Assembly: GCA_963422375.2 (NCBI GenBank)
Contig: OY729428.2
Coordinates: 224,001 to 288,000, forward strand
Direction: 5' to 3'
DNA: 64,000 nucleotides
Source: Bryobacterales bacterium
GTDB taxonomy: Bacteria; Acidobacteriota; Terriglobia; Bryobacterales; UBA6623
The notes under the pieces are model-generated. The model was given only the letters and a program-made list of their open reading frames with translations, did no database searches and had not been told where the DNA came from. This document shows positions 53,225 through 64,000 of this stretch, one piece after another. Numbering within the stretch: position 1 is the stretch's first letter; each line of letters starts with the position of its first letter. The position numbers and the translations under genes are program-made.

Positions 53225-53885
53225 GACTTTGCGCGGCTCCTTCAACGTCTCGCGATCTATCGAGGTCGCAGGGCGGATTGTCGATAGCGGGCCGCAGCAA
53301 TCACGAGAGCTGGCGGTCCCGCGTGCGACGGATCCAACGGCGGATCACCTACCCGATGGCCCCCTCGCGTCCGAAGCGAGAGCAAGCGTGCTGACGGCAC
53401 AGGCAGGCGAGCGCCAAGGATCGCTACGCCCCCTCCCCGAGGCGGAACTCCAGACGCACCGCTGCTCCCACCGGCGGATGCGTCCGCGGAGAGCTGCAGC
53501 CGCGGTGCCGTCGGCTTGCATCCAAGGCGCGAGGGTGCAACGGTCCGGCCAAGCCGCCTCCCTGTCGCAGGCCTGGTCGTCGTATTCGTGGCGTTCAGGA
53601 TCGATGCCGCCCTGTCCGCCCAGCGGAACGACCGCAGCAGCATCATGCAAACCGGCGAGAACCGGGACAGAATCGACGGCCCGCACCATGCGCTCAGGAC
53701 CCGGCGCGGGGGATGCTTCCAGTCGGCACCCTTCGGTGGCTTCCCTGGAATCGCGACCGAACGGTCCGTGCGTCGCGGCCGGCGCCGCGGGGCCTGGGAT
53801 AGGATGATCCTGCAGCCCAGAGCTTGTTCGGTACGGCCCCTCGCAGCAAACCGACCAGAGTCAGCGCCCGCGCCGTCGAATTCGG

Positions 53886-56465
53886 ATGGAAACCCTGCTG
53901 GAGCTCCTGCCCAGGATCGAAAGCCTGGGATCTAGGGAGGCGCTCCGTTTCTGGAACGGATACCGCACCCGACGCTGGTCCTATCTCGACTTGGACACCG
54001 GCATCCGTCGATTCGCTGCTTATTTGGACCATCGGGGGATTCGGGCCGGCGAGCGGTTGGTGCTGTGGTCCGAGAACCGGCCTGAATGGGTGGCCGTGTT
54101 CTGGGCCTGCCTGTCGCGTGGCGTTCAGATCGTGCCGCTCGACCGCAGTTCGTCAGCGAAATTCGTAGCGCGAATTGCCGTCCAGACCAGCGCAAGGCTG
54201 CTAGTGCATAGCGGCTCGGCTCCCGGCTTGACCGCGGGCGCGGGCGCGGAGCGCTTCGCGATCAAGTCCCTCAATGGACTGCCCCGCGGGCCCCGCACGG
54301 CCCCTGCGCGTGTCACGGGCGACGACGTGGTCGAAATCGTCTTCACCTCCGGGACCACCGCCGAGCCCAAAGGGGTCATCCACGTCCATCGCAACATCTG
54401 CTCCAATCTCGACCCGATTCGAGAGGAAATCGAGCGCTACAGGAAATGGGCCCGGCCCTTTCAGCCGATTCGGATCCTCGACCTCCTGCCGCTGAGCCAT
54501 ATGTTCGGGCAGTCCATGGGAATATTCGTGCCTCTCCTGCTCGAAGGCTCGGCGGCCTTCACGAGCGGGCTGCATCCGGCCGCGATCCGCAGCACGATTC
54601 GGAGAGAGCGAATCTCGGTCCTCGCCTGCGTGCCGCGCCTTCTCGAGAGCCTGCAAGCTCACGTGGGCCGCAGGCATCCCCGCTCCCGGGCCGTCCCGTC
54701 CCGTCCCGGCGGGCCCCTCCGACGATGGTGGCGCCATCGGGAAGTTCATCGTGAATTCGGCCTGAAGTTCTGGGCCTTCGTGGTCGGCGGCGCGAAGCTC
54801 GACCCCGAGATCGAAGCCTACTGGGCTAGGATCGGTCTGCTCGTGGTCCAAGGGTATGGACTCACCGAGACGAGCCCGGTGGTCTCGGTCAACCACCCTT
54901 TCCGAGCGCGGCGCGGCACGCTGGGGGAAGTGATCGGCAGCCAGGAGATCCGCATAGCCGACGATGGCGAGATCCTCGTGCGGGGCGAGAGCGTCGCGCG
55001 CGAATACCTAGAGAGCGGAGATCGCCGCACGCGCGCCGTGGATGACGCCGGCTGGTTCCACACGGGAGACATCGTCGAGCGCGACGCCGAAGGCAGGCTC
55101 GTCTACCGGGGCAGGAAGAAAGATGTTATTGTCACCCCGGACGGGATGAACGTGCATCCCGAGGACGTGGAGGGAGCGCTCGTGGCCGAGAGCGCGGTTC
55201 GGGAGGCTGTCGTTGTCCCGGTCGGACCGCCCGGCGCCGAGAGAGTCCACGCCGCACTCATTCTCGAAGCTCGCGCCGGAGACCTGCCGGCGATCATCGA
55301 GCGGGTGAACCGCCGGCTCGAGCCGCACCAGAGGATCCAAAGCGCCTCCGAATGGCCGGACGAGGAGTTTCCGAGAACGGCCTCTACGTTCAAGGCGCAA
55401 CGGCGCAAGGTCGCCGAGCGCCTGTCCATGACGGCGACTGCGGAGTCCGATCAAGACGGCACCTCCGCGCTGGACGCAACTCTCGTCTCGCTCACGCGAC
55501 GTCGCCGGGAAGACCTCTCCGACGACCGGCGCTTGGCGGAAGACCTAGGGCTTTCGTCGCTTGAGCGGATCGACCTGATGGCTTCGCTGGAAGACAGCTA
55601 CGGTGTCGAATTGGACGAATCGGCCTTCTCGGCCTTCTCGACCGTCGGCCAGGTTCGCGAATGGGTCGCCGGCATGGCGGGAGGCCCCTTGTCGCGGCGC
55701 TCGGAGGAATCCACCGGTCCGCCCGAGGGCCGGGGCGAGTCCGCGGTCGCGCGCGTGTCGCCTCCGCGCTGGGCCCGCAGCCGACCTGTCGCCGCGGTGC
55801 GCGCCGCGCTGAGGCGGGGGCTCTTACTGCCGCTCTTCCGGCATTATCTTCCCCTGTCAGTCGCCGGGCTTCGCAATCTGGAAGGCGTGGCGCCGCCCGT
55901 CATCTTCGCGGCCAACCATGCGAGCCACTTGGACACCGTCGCGATCCTTGCCGCGCTGCCGCCGGGATGGCAGGGGAAGCTCGCGCCGGCAGTTGGTCAG
56001 CAGCACTTCTTTCCCTCCGAAGGGAGGCCTTCGCTAGGACGGAGGATCGGGATGCGGATGCTCTACGGTCTCTGCTGCGGGCTGTTCAACGCCTACCCGT
56101 TGTCGCAGCACCTAGGCCAGGTCCGCGACTCGCTGCGCTACACCGGCGAACTCGTCGACCGAGGATTCTGTCCGCTGGTCTATCCGGAGGGAGGGCTGAC
56201 CCCGGATGGCGACCTGCAACCGTTTCGGGCCGGCATCGGACTCATGGCGCTGGGGATCGAAGTGCCTGTCGTGCCTGTACACCTCCAAGGACTCTACGAG
56301 ATCATGTCACGTCACGATTCGCGGCCGCGACGGGGTTCCGTACGGATCGAATTCGGGTCACCCATCGTTGCCCGCGAGGGCGAGGGGTACACTGACCTGA
56401 CGGCACGCATCGAATCCGCTCTTCGCGGGATCGCAGCGGAGAGCCGCCACAACCACGGCCGCTGA
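53886..56465 (+). CDS. acyl-activating AMP-binding enzyme + ACP + PlsC-type acyltransferase fusion
   Basis: FTSGTTAEPKG, GYGLTET and TGD; DLGLSSL carrier motif; NHASHLD and YPEG. Confidence 0.9.
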   Translation: METLLELLPRIESLGSREALRFWNGYRTRRWSYLDLDTGIRRFAAYLDHRGIRAGERLVLWSENRPEWVAVFWACLSRGVQIVPLDRSSSAKFVARIAVQTSARLLVHSGSAPGLTAGAGAERFAIKSLNGLPRGPRTAPARVTGDDVVEIVFTSGTTAEPKGVIHVHRNICSNLDPIREEIERYRKWARPFQPIRILDLLPLSHMFGQSMGIFVPLLLEGSAAFTSGLHPAAIRSTIRRERISVLACVPRLLESLQAHVGRRHPRSRAVPSRPGGPLRRWWRHREVHREFGLKFWAFVVGGAKLDPEIEAYWARIGLLVVQGYGLTETSPVVSVNHPFRARRGTLGEVIGSQEIRIADDGEILVRGESVAREYLESGDRRTRAVDDAGWFHTGDIVERDAEGRLVYRGRKKDVIVTPDGMNVHPEDVEGALVAESAVREAVVVPVGPPGAERVHAALILEARAGDLPAIIERVNRRLEPHQRIQSASEWPDEEFPRTASTFKAQRRKVAERLSMTATAESDQDGTSALDATLVSLTRRRREDLSDDRRLAEDLGLSSLERIDLMASLEDSYGVELDESAFSAFSTVGQVREWVAGMAGGPLSRRSEESTGPPEGRGESAVARVSPPRWARSRPVAAVRAALRRGLLLPLFRHYLPLSVAGLRNLEGVAPPVIFAANHASHLDTVAILAALPPGWQGKLAPAVGQQHFFPSEGRPSLGRRIGMRMLYGLCCGLFNAYPLSQHLGQVRDSLRYTGELVDRGFCPLVYPEGGLTPDGDLQPFRAGIGLMALGIEVPVVPVHLQGLYEIMSRHDSRPRRGSVRIEFGSPIVAREGEGYTDLTARIESALRGIAAESRHNHGR

Positions 56466-56499
56466 CGCGGGCCCGGCCACCCTGCGACGTCCGCGGACC

Positions 56500-57021
56500 T
56501 CAGAGGCTGTCTTCGCAAGCCTGAGGCGAAACGGGCTCCACTTGCGGGGCCTCGTCGGCGGAACGCACGGGGAAGAAGATGTCGGTACGCCACTTCGAAG
56601 AGTCGGGCTCCGCGCCAGGGTCCGTCACATAGACCTCCCACGGCGCACCGGCACCTCTCAGCCCGCGCGACTCGATCCACTCCGTTAGCGCCTGCCAAGT
56701 GCCGCCGAGACCTTCGTAGGGGCCGATATGGGTGACGGTGGCCATGGTGCCGGCGGGCAGCTCGCCAGGCCGGACGCGCTCCGTACCAGCCAACGGCGAC
56801 GCGACCGGCATGGCGCACTCCAGATCGACGGTTCCGCCGTCCATCGAGTGGTAGATCGAGAACGGCATCCCGGCGGGCGCCTGCCCGCTGCCTTGAATGT
56901 GTCCGTATACTTCCCCGAACAGCGGCCCCATGATTTCGCCGAGCTGGTCCAGCGCGGCCGACACCCGAATGCCGACGTAGTGTTGCGCGGCAAGATCTGC
57001 GGTCCCGAATTCGGTCTTCAT
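56500..57021 (-). CDS. GyrI-like small-molecule-binding protein
   Basis: ELPAG...HIGPYEGL...WEVYVTDP...WRTDIFFP. Confidence 0.85.
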   Translation of the reverse strand: MKTEFGTADLAAQHYVGIRVSAALDQLGEIMGPLFGEVYGHIQGSGQAPAGMPFSIYHSMDGGTVDLECAMPVASPLAGTERVRPGELPAGTMATVTHIGPYEGLGGTWQALTEWIESRGLRGAGAPWEVYVTDPGAEPDSSKWRTDIFFPVRSADEAPQVEPVSPQACEDSL

Positions 57022-57372
57022 CTGCTGTGCCCTCGAACTGGCCGATCATCCGCTACCCGACGTTCGACCATCCCGCATGACCTACCGTATCACACGTCGC
57101 GCTGTTGCGTGTAGCGGGAGCCGCCCGCCCAGTCCAGCCCGGCCCAACGGGTGCGAAGCGCCGCAAGCGGCAGCATGGGACCTCCCGGACGCGATACGGG
57201 GAGGAACGGCCTTGAGATCCGGTTCCGAATCGGCCCCGAAGTCCGTGCCGGGCTAGCGCACCAGCGCTCCCCGTGCCCCGTGAGCGTTGCGGCGCGGCCG
57301 TGCCGCGCCACCGACGGGGCCTTCCGCCGCGACTTCGGCGAGGCCCCGTTCGGCGAGCGGCGAGGGGCCTAG

Positions 57373-58567
57373 GTGCGACACAACCCTACATTCGGCAACC
57401 GTCTCTCGACCGGCGCAACGAGCGGCCCCTGCAACACGAAGCCGCGGGCGAACTACGAGCTGGCGCGCGCGCTGCGACGCCGGAATCCAGACTGGACGGA
57501 CAGGACCGTCCACGCCGAGCGGACCAACGCGATCGAGCACGGCGCGCCCAGCTCGGGATGAGCAAGGAAGCCGGACATCGCGGCGGCCCCTCCGCACCGC
57601 CAGCCGGTGATCGTGGAGACGGAGTTCCCGCCGGCCGCCGGGGTCGATCGGGAGGCGTCCGCCACGCTGGGCACACGCCTCCGCAGCACGGGGAAGGACA
57701 CCGACGGCGTCCTGTCCGTGGTTCTTCCGGAGGGCCTCGGGACAGGGGACCTGCGAGCGGTTGACGGTGCCGCTTGCCTCTACGCGACGCACTGCCTGGA
57801 CGCCGCGGGAGAGCCCGCCCAAGGGGAGTGCCTCGAGGGAGGCGTGGACGATCTCGCGGACGCCATCGGGCGCCTGTCCCTCTCGGGACGCCAGCTGGCG
57901 CGAGGGGCCGAGGCCTTGGAAGCCGCGGTGGCGCAGACGGCGGGCCTGCTGTCAGGGTATGCCGGCGAGCTGCACTAGGGAGCGGGCGAGCAGACCGAGC
58001 GCATGGCGGCGGCCATCTTCGTCTCTGCGTTCGTGTTCCACGCGGCGATCGAGGGGCAGCCGGGGATCCCGCCCGTTGCGCCGGCAGGTTCCATCTGCAA
58101 GGACGCGCTCCTGAACAGTTGAAACGCGATTCTCGCGGTCAATTGCTGGCCGGTCTTCAGCATCGCCCGCAATTTGGTTCGGGAGATTCCGCTCGGGGCG
58201 GCCCCGCCGGTCATGGCATGGAGCGCGTCGCGGAGTCCCTCGCCGCCGTTGCGGGGCTAGGCGCGACCAGCAATCACGACCTCACCGGGAGGATGTTCCA
58301 GACGCTGATCGCGAACCGCAGGTTCCTAGCCACCTTCTACCCCCTGCCCGAGTCGGCCGGCCTGTTGGCCGAGCTGGCGGGCGGGCGGCTGCGGCAGAAC
58401 TGGTCGGACCGGACCTTGATCGAGTATCTGCGGATGCCGGACTTCGCCTGCGGCACGGGGCCGTGCTCTCGGCGGCGCAGCGGGCGGCGTGCCGGCGCTA
58501 CCGGCGCGTCGGCGGCGGCAAGGACCTGCACCGGACACGGATGGAGCGCGTCCTGACGGAGCTCGAC
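57373..58567 (+). pseudogene. Type IIG-like fused nuclease/N6-methyltransferase remnant
   Basis: KPDI...VIVETEF nuclease-like motif; DLTGRMFQTLIANRRFLATFY and DFACGTG; multiple stops and frameshifts; truncated. Confidence 0.65.
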
Positions 58568-58639
58568 AGATCGCTCTGGAAGGAGCGTCCGAAGAATCAA
58601 AGAAATGCATTATGCTCTCATTTACTTACAGGTCCCTAG

Positions 58640-59930
58640 TGCTCGCTGCACGTTCGTTATTCTCCGGTTTCGAGCGGCGCACAGAACTGGGATTATCTTG
58701 ATGCTTACGGCGACCATCGGTGCGAGCTCGACCATCTTCGCGGTCATCCATGGCATTCGGTTCGAACGTCTTCCGTTTCCGAAAGCGGAAGACTTACACG
58801 TCGTCTGGCATTCCTACCAGGGATGCGGCGTAGAGCAGGAGAGGGTATCTCCGCCTAGCTTGGAGTCAATGCCGTCGGCCCGAGGGCGCATTCGCCGGAA
58901 GCGCCGCCGTGACCCCTAGCAGGAGCGTGAACATCACTGTTGATGCGGGCGCGGAGCCGCTTCCTTCCCGACAGGTCGCAGTGGATCCCGACGTCTTCGG
59001 CGTGCTTCGCCTGTTCCCTGTCAAGGGTCGGCCGTTCGTCAAGGAGGACGCCGCGGATGCGGTGTCCACGCAGGTGGCGATCCTGACTTCCAAGATGTAG
59101 CTGCGGTACTTCGGTGACGAAGTGCCGCAGGGTCAGGCGAGTCTGTGGAGGCGGCCGGGGTACTCCCGCCTGAATTCCAGCTTCTTGGAGGGCAGCTATT
59201 TACGGCCGCAGTACCTGTCTCCCAGACAGCGGGACGCGAGCCAACTCGGCAACGACTACCTGATCCTCTACGCGCGAGCGAGGCGCGGTGCCACACTCGC
59301 CGAGATCCGCAGATTCCTCGGGGGGCTGACCGCGGAGACTCGCGCCGCCTACCCAGCGTTCTATCCGGCCAGCTAGGGCTGGCACCTCGTGGCAGTGCCG
59401 TTGCGGGCAGAAGTCATCGGCTCGACCCAAGAGCTCGTTCCGTTGCTGCTGGCTAGCTTGATCGCCGTAACGGCTATCGGCTAAGCGAATGTAACGAATC
59501 TTGTTCTGGCCCGGTCCGTAGCCGAGCATCGAGAGGCCTCAATCAGGGCGGCGCTGGGGTGCGGGCAGTCCTACCTGCTGATCGACCAGCTGACGGGGCT
59601 CGCTGTTCACTGCGTGGTGAGCGCCATTCAAGGCCTGGTGTTCGCACAAGCGCTCCTGCCCGGCAGGCTGGCTACGGTTCTGCGCCAGGAAGACCGCTTA
59701 GCACCGCCGTGGAGCTACGTCGACATTGACCTGACTGTCGTCGCATTCGCCTTCGGCGTGGCGTTCGTGTGCGGTCTACTGTCGTCGGCTGCCTCCTGGA
59801 CCGTCCTAGAGGGGAACCTCACTGGGGGCGCGAGCGGCGCGATCCGGACCATTTTCCGACAGCTCGCCCCCGCGCTAGGCTCGCGGCAGCTTCCGCCGAT
59901 GCCCCCCTTCAACGCTCGCCCGCGTTGAGT
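58640..59930 (+). pseudogene. ADOP/MacB-type ABC permease remnant
   Basis: LTATIGASSTIFAVIHG...LPFP; ANVTNLVLAR...REASIRAALG; several stops. Confidence 0.75.
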
Positions 59931-60973
59931 GTTGCCGGTAGACCGAGTGCGGCGGGCGCGCTTTGGCGTCGATCATAATTGCTCTCGTAGTAGCGCTGGT
60001 ACTCGCCCGACCGCACGCGCGCCACCCAACCCGAATTCTGCCGGTACCAGCGCGTCGTTTCCTCGAGCCCCCGCTCGAAGCCGACCGTTGGCACCCATCC
60101 TGTCTCCGCTTCGATCTTCCTGCCGTCGATCGCGTAGCGCCGGTCGTGTGCCGGGCGGTCCGCCACATGCCGGACGAGCGATTCCGCACGGCCGCAGTGC
60201 CGCAGGATGCGCCGGACCACTTCGATGTTCGGCAGCGCGGCCCTACCGGCCACGTTGTAGATCTCTCCCGGACGCCCCCGCTCGATGACGGCGGCAATCG
60301 CCTGGCAATGGTCGTCAACATGCAGCCAGTCGCGCACCTGCAGGCCGTCACCGTAGACTGGCAGCGGCCTCTCTTCCAGCGAATTCGCAATCATCAGCGG
60401 GACGAGCTTCTCGGGAAACTGGTAGGGCCCGTAGTTGTTAGAGGAGCGCGTGACGATGACGGGCAACGAATACGTCGCGCCGTAGGCGAGCGCCAGCAGA
60501 TCCGACGCAGCCTTGGACGCCGAATACGGGCTCGAGGGGTGCAGCGGGGCGGTCTCCGCGGCAATGCCCGGCTCGTCGATGCTTCCGTAGACCTCGTCCG
60601 TCGACACATGGACGAGCACCGAGGGAGGATGCTCCCGAGCGGCCTCCAGCAACGTCGCCGTTCCGTGAACGTTGGTGCTGACCGCGTCAACCGGCGCGAG
60701 GATGCTCCGGTCCACGTGGGTCTCGGCGGCGCAATGCACGACGACGTCGGGCCGGAACTGCCGGAACGCCCCGCGGACGGCCCCCTCGTCGCGCACGTCG
60801 GCCCGCTCGAACCGGAATCCCGCAGAGCCCGCCACAGGGGCGAGGTTTTCCAAGTTGCCCGCGTAGGTGAGGGCGTCGAGAACGAGCACCTCAGCTCGTT
60901 CCGAGCGGGAAAGAGTGGCCCGCACGAGCGCGGAACCGATGAAGCCCGCGCCGCCGGTAACCAGCAGCCTCAC
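59909..60973 (-). CDS. rfbB: dTDP-glucose 4,6-dehydratase
   Basis: LVTGGAGFIGS, DALTYAGN, AETHVDRSI, STDEVYG, YSASK and NNYGPYQFPEK. Confidence 0.95.
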   Translation of the reverse strand: MRLLVTGGAGFIGSALVRATLSRSERAEVLVLDALTYAGNLENLAPVAGSAGFRFERADVRDEGAVRGAFRQFRPDVVVHCAAETHVDRSILAPVDAVSTNVHGTATLLEAAREHPPSVLVHVSTDEVYGSIDEPGIAAETAPLHPSSPYSASKAASDLLALAYGATYSLPVIVTRSSNNYGPYQFPEKLVPLMIANSLEERPLPVYGDGLQVRDWLHVDDHCQAIAAVIERGRPGEIYNVAGRAALPNIEVVRRILRHCGRAESLVRHVADRPAHDRRYAIDGRKIEAETGWVPTVGFERGLEETTRWYRQNSGWVARVRSGEYQRYYESNYDRRQSAPAALGLPATLNAGER

Positions 60974-61554
60974 TTCCGCTGCGTCTCCCAGTCGTAGGCG
61001 ATGGCCGGGGAGTCGTGCGGCAGCCGTCCCTCGTCGGAGGGGTCGTAGTGCCGGTCGGTCAGGTAGACCAGCATCGCCGATGTATCGCCAATCACTTTGT
61101 AGCCATGCGCCACTCCCGGCGGAATCAGCACCTGCCACGGGCGCAGGGCGCCGATATACAGGGTGTTGCGACGACCAAACGTAGGCGAGCCGTCGCGCAG
61201 GTCGCACAGGGCGGCCTGCAGCATTCCCTGGCAAGGCACCCAAACATCCGTCTGGAACGCATGGAAATGGAAGGCCTTCACCGTGGCCGGATAGTTCAAT
61301 GCCGCCGAGACCTGCGTAGAACCCGGCGGAAAGCCTGCCCCGAGGCCTTGGCCGAGCCGGGCGACCTCCAGAAAGTAGCCGCGGTCGTCGGGCCAGATCG
61401 CGAAGGGCGCGATGCGAACTCCCTCGATGAGGCCCTCGGAGCCGGGCTTCAGAATCACCTGGCCGAGGCCCTGTTCGCAGCGCGGCAGGCGCAGCCTGAG
61501 ACCGCCGGACTTCCGGAAGACCTCTCCGCCCAGGCCAGCCAACGCCGGGGACAC
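60970..61554 (-). CDS. rfbC: dTDP-4-dehydrorhamnose 3,5-epimerase family protein
   Basis: DDRGYFLE, KAFHFH, DLRDGSPTFG and IPPGVAHGY. Confidence 0.85.
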   Translation of the reverse strand: MSPALAGLGGEVFRKSGGLRLRLPRCEQGLGQVILKPGSEGLIEGVRIAPFAIWPDDRGYFLEVARLGQGLGAGFPPGSTQVSAALNYPATVKAFHFHAFQTDVWVPCQGMLQAALCDLRDGSPTFGRRNTLYIGALRPWQVLIPPGVAHGYKVIGDTSAMLVYLTDRHYDPSDEGRLPHDSPAIAYDWETQRK

Positions 61555-61555
61555 C

Positions 61556-62599
61556 TCAGGCCGCGACGGAGGCCGTCTCCGACCGCCCCGCCTTCCAGAG
61601 CTCGAGGTACGGCGCGATCTCGGCCATGGTCCGAGCGAACTGGTCGAACGTCATCGACTGCGCGCCATCGCTCCAAGCGCGCTCGGGCTCGGGGTGAATC
61701 TCCACCATCACACCGTCGGCACCCACGGCGACCGTCGCGCGGACCAGAGGGGGAATGAGGGCCCGCTTGCCCGTCGCATGCGCCGGATCCAAGATCACCG
61801 GGAGGTGCGTCAGCTGGTTCAGTACCGGCACGGCGTTGATGTCGAGCGTGTTCCTCGTGGCGGACTCGAACGTGCGAATACCCCGCTCGCAGAGGAACAC
61901 ATTCGGATTGCCGTTGGTCACGATGTACTCGGCCGACAGCAGGAACTCGGTGATCGTCGCGCTCTGCCCGCGCTTGAGCATCACCGGGCGCTTGGTCGTC
62001 GCCCCGACCTCCTTTAGCAACGGGAAGTTCTGCACGTTGCGGGCGCCGATCTGGAGCACGTCGGCGTAGTGGGCGACCAGCTGCACGTTGGTCAGAGTCA
62101 TGACCTCGGTCACGACCTTGAGACCGTTCTCGTCGGCGGCCTTGCGCAGCAGCTTGAGGCCTTCCTCCTCGAGGCCCTGGAAGCTGTAAGGGCTGGTCCG
62201 GGGCTTGTAGGCGCCCCCGCGCAGGAACCGCCCGCCCGAGGCAGCCACCGCTTCCGCGCAGGCCATGATCTGCTGCTCGGTCTCGACCGAGCACGGGCCG
62301 GCGATCACGGCGAAGTCGGAACCGCCGACCGAGACGTCCCCTACCTGCACGACGGTGCGGCCGCTATTGACCTGCTTGCTGACCAGCTTGTAGGGGGCGC
62401 TGATGGGCACGCCGTTCTCGACTCCTTCGACAGAGCGCAGCACCCCGATCGCGTGGGTGACGTTTCCGAGGCCGACGGCAGCGATGACCACCCGCTCGTC
62501 GCCCTGGATGGACCGGACCGAGAAGTCCATCTCCGCAATCCGGGCGCACACGCGCTCAATCTGTTCGCGCGTCGCGCCCGGCTTCATGGATATGATCAT
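61556..62599 (-). CDS. aroF: DAHP synthase type I-beta with N-terminal regulatory domain
   Basis: [43 protein letters not shown] and DPAH. Confidence 0.95.
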   Translation of the reverse strand: MIISMKPGATREQIERVCARIAEMDFSVRSIQGDERVVIAAVGLGNVTHAIGVLRSVEGVENGVPISAPYKLVSKQVNSGRTVVQVGDVSVGGSDFAVIAGPCSVETEQQIMACAEAVAASGGRFLRGGAYKPRTSPYSFQGLEEEGLKLLRKAADENGLKVVTEVMTLTNVQLVAHYADVLQIGARNVQNFPLLKEVGATTKRPVMLKRGQSATITEFLLSAEYIVTNGNPNVFLCERGIRTFESATRNTLDINAVPVLNQLTHLPVILDPAHATGKRALIPPLVRATVAVGADGVMVEIHPEPERAWSDGAQSMTFDQFARTMAEIAPYLELWKAGRSETASVAA

Positions 62600-63843
62600 G
62601 ACCGTACCTTTGGACTTGGAATCCTAGCAGACTCCCCCACCAAGCTCGCGTTCCCGCCTTGGACTCCGCGGGCGCACTACCGAGGGTCTCGGGTTGAAAC
62701 TTCTATGGCGCGGGAACAACGCTCGGCGTCTCGCTGCCCCGGGAAGCGCTCGCCGGGAGCGGACGGACTGTTGCGAGCCGAAGAACCAATTTAGCACGGC
62801 GGATGGCCGACCGTCTAGTCGGAGCCGGCCCCTATGCGACAGGAGCGTACGGCGGCAGGCGCTTCCAGCGTCAAACGCCCGCGAGCATGGTCGTCCAGTT
62901 CCAATGGGAGTCGCCGCAGACGCCCGGGCAACTGCCGCGGGCACCGAAAGACGGCCCGAGGATTCATGGCGGCGATGGCGGTTCCGAGGACTGCCGAGGC
63001 GCCTAGCCCGACCGTTCCGACGCACGCGACTCGATGCACCTGACGGGCTGCGGGACGAGACGGAGGCCGCGAACGTCTCGCCGGTGTGAACACGGTCCGC
63101 CATGCCGACGCGACCAATGCGAGGCCAAGGACTCCTACCGCGTCGACGATGTGGCCACGGTACCGAAGCAACCGTCGCGCCAGTAGGATCAAGCGGTTCT
63201 CGAAGCGAATCCGGTCTCGATGCCGGAGGACCGCCAAGATGTCCTCGCGAATCGCATTCTGGATTTCGCTAGAATGGCGGCTCCGAGTACACCCGCCGAC
63301 AGGTGCATGACATGGGGCCAAGCGACGCGCCTACTTCCCCGCCCCGCGACGAGAATGCGACGGAGGGCTGGCACATCCCGCCACGGCCGTCGGACCGAAC
63401 CGGTACGCGCCGTACAGCGTCCTAAAGACCGACTAGTCCGGCGACGCACGCCTGTGAGACTTCCTGCAAATTCGCTTCCCGCGACTCACCGCATCAGGGT
63501 GCGTCAGGTCATCGTAGCACGAGCCGTCAACTACCGACTGCATTGAACACCCGCTGTCTGTCCCAGAATCGTCAAGTCTCAAATTGCACTCGTCGTAAGT
63601 CCCTTCCGAAACACCTAGGTTGGGCCGCGGGCTAGCAGCCGCTGACAGTCGCGCGCGGTGAGCTAGCGGTCGCACGGCGGAAGCCACTGGCATGCGTGGT
63701 GCGTCAGCGTGAAGCACAGGGTGCGCGCTAGCGAATGAATATGATGCATCGCCCGCCGGGTCTGCAGGACCGCAAACCGACTGGACCGAAATGCACGAAT
63801 AGGGCTTGTCGCGCCGCAAGATCCTTCCAAATTACCTTCAGGG

Positions 63844-63999
63844 TCAGATTGTCAGTACCGTTCTATCGGTAATCCTAGCCTCTAGATGTGAAACAATATT
63901 TGCCAATTCTAGGTTCGAATCCGCCTGTATTTCCAGACATCTGGCGATTCCGTTCCGATCTGTGCTGTATCTTTTTGAGAGCTTCATCTGTGTTCTTTG
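63844..63999 (-). CDS. 3' end of a low-GC hypothetical gene entering from the window edge
   Basis: Open frame QRTQMKLSK...LEARITDRTVLTI*; markedly AT-richer than the flanks. Confidence 0.35.
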   Translation of the reverse strand, partial: QRTQMKLSKRYSTDRNGIARCLEIQADSNLELANIVSHLEARITDRTVLTI

Positions 64000-64000
64000 T

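Noticed and set aside
62815..63819. ORFs 62815-63321 and 63433-63819
   Set aside because: No motifs or clear RBS; one hydrophobic stretch is not enough to call a gene.
63912..63922. GGTTCGAATCC, a tRNA T-loop-like string
   Set aside because: Flanks do not form a 5-bp T-stem or acceptor stem; it lies within an open minus-strand frame.

Overview
GC-rich bacterial window. Gene content (Oar-type TonB-dependent receptors, ASPIC/UnbV proteins, DUF1501/DUF1549/DUF1553/DUF1552 genes, ADOP permease) suggests Acidobacteriota; heavy IS load and pseudogenisation suggest a host-associated lineage (both are inference). Three layers are visible. (1) A large uncharacterised envelope cluster (18.4-53.2 kb, with a satellite at 0.4-6.1 kb): two TonB-dependent receptors, three CRTAC1/ASPIC-UnbV beta-propellers, six TPR proteins, two CxxCH-bearing DUF1549/DUF1553 proteins each paired with a Tat-type DUF1501 protein, and a PPC-domain protein. 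(2) A decaying defence island (9.9-17.9 kb): Type I RM with a C14-frameshifted hsdM and single-TRD hsdS, with embedded HicB/HicA and ImmA/IrrE-DUF4411 modules. An AbiE-type remnant lies at 8.1-8.5 kb and a Type IIG-like remnant at 57.4-58.6 kb. (3) Nested mobile elements: three copies of an ISNCY-type IS with 6-bp TSDs, two miniature derivatives, an IS1595 hit twice, and IS1380, ISAzo13 and a second ISNCY-type remnant. The end of the window holds an acyl-activating/ACP/acyltransferase fusion, a GyrI-like gene and an aroF-rfbC-rfbB run. IS copies differ repeatedly at the second C of CCWGG, pointing to unrepaired 5mC deamination. No rRNA, tRNA or CRISPR array was seen. Family assignments are from motif recognition, not database searches.
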